Assembly (NCBI GenBank): GCA_021814695.1
Contig: JAKAHY010000007.1
Location: 1-57,303 of the forward strand
Length of the DNA stretch: 57,303 nt
DNA from: a bacterium
GTDB taxonomy: Bacteria; Patescibacteriota; Minisyncoccia; UBA6257; JAGOQP01
Direction of reading: 5' to 3'
Part shown: positions 52,202 through 57,303 of the stretch, in pieces
Numbering within the stretch: position 1 is the stretch's first letter
Layout of the letters: every line of letters starts with the position of its first letter
Made by a program: the position numbers and the translations under genes
The notes under the pieces: model-generated
Seen by the model: only the letters and a program-made list of their open reading frames with translations
Told to the model about the DNA's origin: nothing
The model's database searches: none

Positions 52202-52960
52202 ATGTCTCAATATTATTCTCCCAAAAGGACAAGGGGATTATTCGATCCCGAATCGGAAGAGCCGTTTAAAATCAGCCGCAGTAAAATAGATTTATTTTTG
52301 GAATGTCCGCGATGTTTTTATTTGGACAGGCGTCTGGGGATAGGCAGGCCCCCCGGATTTCCATTCAGCTTAAACAGCGCCGTAGACGCTTTGCTCAAAA
52401 AAGAATTTGACCTTCACAGAGCCAAACATACGCCGCATCCTTTTATGAAGGCTTATGGAATAGACGCCATACCTTTTGAACACGAAAAAATAGACGAATG
52501 GAGAGATTCTCTTAGGGCGGGAGTCCAGCATCTGCACAAAGTGACCAATTTGATGGTAACCGGAGGCGTGGATGATGTTTGGGTAAATCCGAAAGGGGAA
52601 TTGATTATTGCCGATTATAAAGCGACCAGCAAGAACGGAGAAGTGAATCTTGATGCCGAGTGGCAGGACGGATATAAGCGGCAGATGGAGGTTTATCAAT
52701 GGCTTTTTAGGCAAAATGGATTTAAGGTATCGGATACGGGATATTTCGTTTATTGCAATGGAAAAGCGGACAGGGAGGCCTTTGACGGAAAACTTGAATT
52801 TGACGTCAAGCTCATTCCATATAAAGGCGACGATTCATGGATAGAGGAAACTCTTAAAAATATAAAAAAGTGTCTCGTGTCCGATTTGATTCCGGATTCT
52901 TCTCAGGACTGCGATTATTGCAGATATTGCCAGGCGGTAAAAAGCGCCAAAGTAAAATGA
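52202..52960 (+). CDS. PD-(D/E)XK nuclease with Cas4/AddB-like four-Cys cluster (orphan, not CRISPR-associated here)
   Basis: N-terminal CPRCFY Cys, GGVDDVW, IIADYKATS (DxK), QMEVYQW (QxxxY), C-terminal CDYCRYC. Confidence 0.75.
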   Translation: MSQYYSPKRTRGLFDPESEEPFKISRSKIDLFLECPRCFYLDRRLGIGRPPGFPFSLNSAVDALLKKEFDLHRAKHTPHPFMKAYGIDAIPFEHEKIDEWRDSLRAGVQHLHKVTNLMVTGGVDDVWVNPKGELIIADYKATSKNGEVNLDAEWQDGYKRQMEVYQWLFRQNGFKVSDTGYFVYCNGKADREAFDGKLEFDVKLIPYKGDDSWIEETLKNIKKCLVSDLIPDSSQDCDYCRYCQAVKSAKVK

Positions 52961-52961
52961 T

Positions 52962-53666
52962 ATGAAACTTCAGCGGTTTTTCGGTGATTTTAATTTAAAC
53001 GAGAAAATCCTGACGGTAAATGACGCCGGATTTTATAATCAAATAAAAAATGTTTTGAGGCTTTCGGCGGGAGACAGATTGATTTTATGTGATGGCAAAA
53101 ATAATGAAGCCGAAGCCGAAGTAGATTCAATTTCAAAAGACGGCATAAAACTCAAAATCGGGAAGGTCGCAACTAATGAGAATGAGACCAAGATTAAAAC
53201 TGTTCTTTATTGCGCAATTTTAAAAAGGGAAAATTTTGAGCTTGTCATTCAGAAAGCAACCGAAATTGGAGTCAAAAGAATAGTACCTGTTATAACGGCA
53301 AGAACCGTCAAGTTAGCGATAAATACGGCGCGTTTGAAGGCAATAGCCAAGGAAGCAGCCGAACAGTCGGGCAGGGGAATTGTGCCCGAAATCTCAAAAC
53401 CGATGAGTTTTGAAGATGCGCGCAAGGATGCGAAAACCAATTCCGTTAATTATTTTTTTGATATTTCCGGGAAGTCATTGATGTCATTTAAAAATCATTT
53501 TGATACCGCCGGAATTTTTATAGGGCCTGAAGGAGGATGGGAAGGTGATGAAATTAAAATTGCTCGGGATCAGGGATATAATTTTGTGAGTTTGGGAAGC
53601 CTGACTCTTAGAGCAGAAACGGCAGCTATTGTTGCGTCGTATTCTTTAATTAATTCAAATAAATAA
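52962..53666 (+). CDS. rsmE: 16S rRNA (uracil1498-N3)-methyltransferase RsmE
   Basis: MKLQRFF.., PUA-like N-terminus, SPOUT C-terminus (GPEGGW...E, LG...LRAETAA). Confidence 0.85.
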   Translation: MKLQRFFGDFNLNEKILTVNDAGFYNQIKNVLRLSAGDRLILCDGKNNEAEAEVDSISKDGIKLKIGKVATNENETKIKTVLYCAILKRENFELVIQKATEIGVKRIVPVITARTVKLAINTARLKAIAKEAAEQSGRGIVPEISKPMSFEDARKDAKTNSVNYFFDISGKSLMSFKNHFDTAGIFIGPEGGWEGDEIKIARDQGYNFVSLGSLTLRAETAAIVASYSLINSNK

Positions 53667-53667
53667 T

Positions 53668-53696
53668 GCCCGTAAAAATTTACGGGTCATTTTTAG
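53668..53696. terminator. Terminator shared by convergent rsmE and the 115-aa ORF
   Basis: cccgtaaa/tttacggg hairpin followed by tcattttt. Confidence 0.65.
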
Positions 53697-54027
53697 GTTC
53701 AAATAATATTTCGTAGAGTGCAAGTTTTTGGACCAATGTCAGCGCAAACCAAACGCTTCTTGTTTTGCTGTAAATTGTGGAATGCTTCCATTGGGGGAGC
53801 ATTCCGTGCAAGGCCTCATGGATCAAGGATGCCGCCGGTGAGTCGGGAATTCCGTCCTCGGTGGGCTCGGATGAAGACCATGGTGAAATCCTTAAAAGTA
53901 TCGGCCTGTCGCAAGAATTACAATATGCCAATTGGTCTTTATTTACATTAACCAAACGAATATCTACATCTGCCGTATACAAAAAATCAAATAATCTCTC
54001 AATCAAGCGCTCGGTCGAAAGGGCCAC
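53680..54027 (-). CDS. Hypothetical small protein with an HExxH motif
   Basis: 115 aa with a GTG start preceded by aaggga and, further upstream on the minus strand, TATAAT. LIHEALHG motif plus CNSC. It is convergent with rsmE at a shared terminator. Competing plus-strand ORFs lack such signals. Confidence 0.5.
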   Translation of the reverse strand: MALSTERLIERLFDFLYTADVDIRLVNVNKDQLAYCNSCDRPILLRISPWSSSEPTEDGIPDSPAASLIHEALHGMLPQWKHSTIYSKTRSVWFALTLVQKLALYEILFEPKNDP

Positions 54028-54119
54028 CGTTTTCCCTTTTGGGCTGTTGGCATTATATCATTTATGTAAATAACAAAACATGGATTTTATCGGCAGTGGT
54101 GCTAAAATAACCGTAAATT

Positions 54120-54896
54120 ATGAAAAAGGTAAAAATAGGGGTTTTTGATATTGACGGCACTATTTTCCGGTCCAGCCTTCTGATTGAGCTGGTCAGGGGA
54201 TTGGTGCGATCCGGGATTTTTCCCAAAAGGGCCAATCAGGAGATGGAAGCCGACTATTTGGCGTGGTTAAACAGGGTCGGAGATTACGATGATTATCTCG
54301 GAAGGGTTATAAGAATTTACGATAAATATATTTTTGGAAAGAAATTCAATAAAGTTGAGGCAGTTGCTTCGGATGTGATGGATATTGAAAAGGATAAAAC
54401 TTACCGATTTACCAGAGGCTTGATAACCGATCTAAAAAATAAAGGCTATCACTTAGTGGCCATCTCCGGATCGCCGTCTTATATGGTGGATAAATTTGCT
54501 TTTCATATGGGATTTGATGTTTCCTTTGGGGCGGTAACCGAGATCAGAAAAGGGGCATTTACCAGATATTATATAGAAAAAGATTTTAAAACCGGACAGG
54601 ATATTTCCATACCGATAAGACAAAGGGGAAAGGTGTTGAATTTTTCCAGAAAAGACATCTTGTTGAAAAAATATCTGGCCAGTAGGAACATAAAGGCGGA
54701 TTGGAAAAATTCAATAGCCGTTGGCGACAGCGGAAACGATATTCCTATGCTGAAGTTGATGGGTCGTCCGATTGCCTTTAATCCGGATGATATACTGGTT
54801 AAAGAGGCGCAAAGGAAAAAATGGAGAGTCGTCGTCGAGAGAAAAAATGTCGTTTATGATCTGGATAAATTCAAATTTATTCCCTATAAAAATTAA
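54120..54896 (+). CDS. HAD-superfamily hydrolase, subfamily IB (SerB-like phosphatase)
   Basis: Motif I FDIDGTI, motif II ISGS, motif IV GDSGNDIPM. Confidence 0.8.
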   Translation: MKKVKIGVFDIDGTIFRSSLLIELVRGLVRSGIFPKRANQEMEADYLAWLNRVGDYDDYLGRVIRIYDKYIFGKKFNKVEAVASDVMDIEKDKTYRFTRGLITDLKNKGYHLVAISGSPSYMVDKFAFHMGFDVSFGAVTEIRKGAFTRYYIEKDFKTGQDISIPIRQRGKVLNFSRKDILLKKYLASRNIKADWKNSIAVGDSGNDIPMLKLMGRPIAFNPDDILVKEAQRKKWRVVVERKNVVYDLDKFKFIPYKN

Positions 54897-55372
54897 AGGT
54901 TTATTTTAACCTCATCTCCGATTTTGACGGCTGCGGATTTTATAAATCCGGCATTAACTTCCAGAACCTTATCAACCGGATAGTCCGGCCTTATGACGGC
55001 CGGAGGTTCTCCCGTTGACGGAGCGGGAATGTTTTCATTGATCTGAACGATTTTATTTCCGTTTAGCCAGATAAAATCCAAAGGAAACTTCATTTCCTTC
55101 ATCCAGAAGACATATTCCCCGGGGGTATCAAAAACAAAGAGCATCCCGCTGTTTTGAAGCAAATTATCCCTGTTTGAAAGCCCCTCGTTTCTTTTTTGTT
55201 CCGTATCGGCGATTTCCAAATTAACAATGTGTCCATTGACCGATAATGACGGGGTCGATGGCTCTTGCGGGGCAATAACGGTTATGTTTTCGCCGGTAAA
55301 AAATAAAATAGCCGACAAGATTAAAACAACGGCAATAACCGCAAAAAATATGATTAAAGAATACCGTTTCAT
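54893..55372 (-). CDS. DUF192-family protein (secreted or membrane-anchored)
   Basis: LEIADTEQKRNEGLS....GMLFVF......FWMKEMKFPLDFIWL pattern. I prefer the start at the Met giving an N-terminal signal anchor (MKRYSLIIFF..). The listed ORF extends to 55417. Confidence 0.7.
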   Translation of the reverse strand: MKRYSLIIFFAVIAVVLILSAILFFTGENITVIAPQEPSTPSLSVNGHIVNLEIADTEQKRNEGLSNRDNLLQNSGMLFVFDTPGEYVFWMKEMKFPLDFIWLNGNKIVQINENIPAPSTGEPPAVIRPDYPVDKVLEVNAGFIKSAAVKIGDEVKINL

Positions 55373-55467
55373 TATCGGATTGTACCAGAAAAAAGATATG
55401 CGATACAATTTTTCCAAGGCAGTGTGTTATACTGAATTGAAATATAATCATTAAAAATCATTATCAT

Positions 55468-56043
55468 ATGGAGATATTAAAAGTAGCGGCTTTTTCGGGA
55501 AGCTTTCAGAGAGAATCATTAAACAAAAAGGCGTTAAAAGTTGCCTTAAAAATAGCCCAAAAATACGGCGCCGAAGTAAAAGAGATTGATTTGGCCGAAC
55601 TTAATTTGCCTATTTATAATCAGGACGTGGAAAATCCATTTCCGGATTCGGTTAAGAAGCTGAGGGACATTGCGGCCTGGGCCGATGTTTTTTTGATTTC
55701 TTCTCCGGAACACAATCATTCCATAAGCGCCGGCCTGAAAAATACGATTGACTGGCTTTCCAGAAAATATGAAGAAACTATAAGGGGGAAAGCGGCTATT
55801 ATTTTGGGGGTTTCTGTCGGCAATTCCGGCACGTTAAGAGGCCAAGCGCATTTACGCCAAATTCTTGAGGCATTGGATATGTTTATTGTTTTTCAACCGG
55901 AGGTGATTATCGCAAACGGGACTCAAAAATTTGATGCCGACGGAAATATGACGGATGAAAAATCACTTGCCGCGCTTGATGCATTGATCAAAAAAACGTT
56001 CGACCAATATATAAAAATAAAAACAACAAACGATGTCATTTAA
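55468..56043 (+). CDS. NAD(P)H-dependent FMN reductase family protein
   Basis: FSGSFQRESLNKK, SPEHNHSISAGLKN..DW pattern of FMN_red flavodoxin-like reductases. Confidence 0.75.
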   Translation: MEILKVAAFSGSFQRESLNKKALKVALKIAQKYGAEVKEIDLAELNLPIYNQDVENPFPDSVKKLRDIAAWADVFLISSPEHNHSISAGLKNTIDWLSRKYEETIRGKAAIILGVSVGNSGTLRGQAHLRQILEALDMFIVFQPEVIIANGTQKFDADGNMTDEKSLAALDALIKKTFDQYIKIKTTNDVI

Positions 56044-56278
56044 AGATTTTATCTTTAGAAAAACAATAGAGCGCAATATTTCGGGAATGAGCGATGATCA
56101 AAAAGAGGCGATTATAAAATTGTTCGAGCAGCACCCGGAATTTATTAAAGCCATAACAAAAGAGATTGAGAATGAAACCAAATCCGGGAGAAGTTCTGCG
56201 GATGCAATAAAATATGTTATGGAAAAAAATCAGAATCAGCTGGTAAAAATATTTAAGGAGGGGGGATTTATAAAATAA
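56033..56278 (+). CDS. Hypothetical small protein
   Basis: 81 aa. Overlaps the upstream stop by 11 nt and has no recognisable motif. Confidence 0.4.
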   Translation: MSFKDFIFRKTIERNISGMSDDQKEAIIKLFEQHPEFIKAITKEIENETKSGRSSADAIKYVMEKNQNQLVKIFKEGGFIK

Positions 56279-56319
56279 CGAATTTTTAAATCCGACGGTT
56301 AATTTCCAATTAAACTTAT

Positions 56320-57165
56320 ATGTTAAAAATCGGCGGTCATGTCTCAACAAGCGGCGGCCTATCAAACGCAATCAAAGAGGCCAAAAGAATCGGCGCTAAC
56401 ACCATTCAGATTTTTGGAGCCAGTCCGGTGCGTTGGAGCGCTCTTTTGCCGGACCCCGAAGCGTCTTTACAATTTATCGATGAATGCAAAAAAAACGATA
56501 TTAATCCGGTTTTTTTACACGCGCCTTATCTGATTAATTTAGCCAGTCCCAAAGGAAATATGCCCAGGATTTCGGAAGCTCTTTTAGAAAGGCACCTTGA
56601 GATTGCCAATGCCGTTGGGGCATTTGGGGTGATTTTTCATATCGGTTCCCGCGGAGACAGGCCGCAAAAAGAAGCCGAAGAAATTGTAGTTAAAGAACTC
56701 TCCGATATTCTAGGGAGAGTAAAAACCGGGCGCTTGATTATTGAAAACAGCGCCGGAGCCGGAAATCTTGTCGGCGATTCATTGGATGAAATTGGGCGGA
56801 TAATCAAGGCGGTTGATAACGAAAGGCTTGGATTTTGTCTTGATACGGCCCATTCTTTTGAGGCCGGAATTTTCCCTGATTTTTCAAAAAAAGGAGTGGA
56901 TGATTTTAAAAATCAGATAGACAATCACATAGGCATAAAAAAGCTTTGGGCGATACATCTTAATGACAGCAAAACTCCCGCTGGGTCCAACAAGGATAGG
57001 CACGAAAATATAGGAATGGGCCTTATCGGTAAAAATGGATTTTCTAACTTCTTAAATCACCCGATATTCAAAAAGATTCCACTTATATTAGAAGTGCCCG
57101 GATATGAAAATGACGGTCCTGACAAAAAAAATATTGAGACGGTTAGGAAATTAATTGGAAAATAA
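56320..57165 (+). CDS. nfo: Endonuclease IV (deoxyribonuclease IV)
   Basis: IGGHVS.SGG, FLHAPYLINLAS, IENSAG.GN, HLNDSK. TIM-barrel AP endonuclease pattern. Confidence 0.9.
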   Translation: MLKIGGHVSTSGGLSNAIKEAKRIGANTIQIFGASPVRWSALLPDPEASLQFIDECKKNDINPVFLHAPYLINLASPKGNMPRISEALLERHLEIANAVGAFGVIFHIGSRGDRPQKEAEEIVVKELSDILGRVKTGRLIIENSAGAGNLVGDSLDEIGRIIKAVDNERLGFCLDTAHSFEAGIFPDFSKKGVDDFKNQIDNHIGIKKLWAIHLNDSKTPAGSNKDRHENIGMGLIGKNGFSNFLNHPIFKKIPLILEVPGYENDGPDKKNIETVRKLIGK

Positions 57166-57201
57166 GAAAAATAATCGGCATTGTGGTAATATAAATTACT
57201 C

Positions 57202-57303
57202 ATGAATATTATTGAAGTAAAAGATTTAACCAAAAAATTTGACCAGCTGACTGCCGTTAAGGGAGTCTCTTTTGATGTTAAAAAAGGGGAAATATTCGGT
57301 TTC
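57202..57303 (+). CDS. ABC transporter ATP-binding protein, 3'-truncated by the window edge
   Basis: MNIIEVKDLTKKFDQLTAVKGVSFDVKKGEIFGF is the canonical ABC N-terminus leading into Walker A. Confidence 0.8.
   Translation, partial: MNIIEVKDLTKKFDQLTAVKGVSFDVKKGEIFGF

Noticed and set aside
53718-54073. Plus-strand ORFs of 77 and 98 aa overlapping the minus-strand 115-aa ORF
   Set aside because: The first of them starts just downstream of the rsmE terminator (53668-53696), no promoter is visible in between, and neither has a start context. The minus-strand ORF has promoter-like, RBS-like and terminator signals. The strand assignment still remains uncertain.
1-57303. Alternative genetic code (UGA recoding as in some CPR lineages)
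   Set aside because: All conserved genes (fusA, nrdJ, ftsZ, aaRSs and others) are full length under the standard code, with stops where expected.

Overview
This window is a dense, mostly plus-strand block of housekeeping genes from a moderately AT-rich, small-genome bacterium. I infer a Patescibacteria/CPR (Parcubacteria-like) origin from four traits: aminoacyl-tRNA synthetases stripped of accessory domains, ComEC, an archaeal-type pyruvoyl arginine decarboxylase, and near-absent Shine-Dalgarno sequences with several apparently leaderless genes. The standard genetic code fits, because all conserved genes read through without UGA problems. Recognisable content falls into these groups: (1) cell division and shape: ftsA-ftsZ, two mreB paralogs, mreC-mreD-PBP2, murA, mpl; (2) translation: hisS, aspS, proS, efp, frr, pth, rpsU, rpmB, rpsL-rpsG-fusA-rplM-rpsI, one tRNA-Pro(GGG); (3) secretion: lepB, secD, secF, a VKOR homolog, two M50 site-2 proteases; (4) nucleotide and DNA metabolism: class II B12-dependent RNR, a corrinoid adenosyltransferase, ndk, family-4 UDG, endonuclease IV, a Cas4-like nuclease, holB; (5) a split ComEC. 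No CRISPR array, rRNA, transposase or integrase is visible. The observations most worth follow-up are: (a) an orphan two-gene module, a single-pass membrane protein plus a TM-less VirD4/TraD-like P-loop ATPase, sitting in core context 3 kb from ComEC; (b) an 18-nt AT-rich motif present twice, inverted, upstream of nrdJ and again upstream of comEC; (c) a promoter-proximal duplicate of the tRNA-Pro 5' half that ends in the anticodon loop, exactly 100 nt upstream of the intact gene; (d) three well-structured intergenic RNA candidates, located after efp, before rpmB and before frr; (e) a tRNA-adjacent cluster of hypothetical ORFs ending in a membrane protein translationally coupled to an S2P protease. 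All functional calls rest on by-eye motif recognition. No database search was run.
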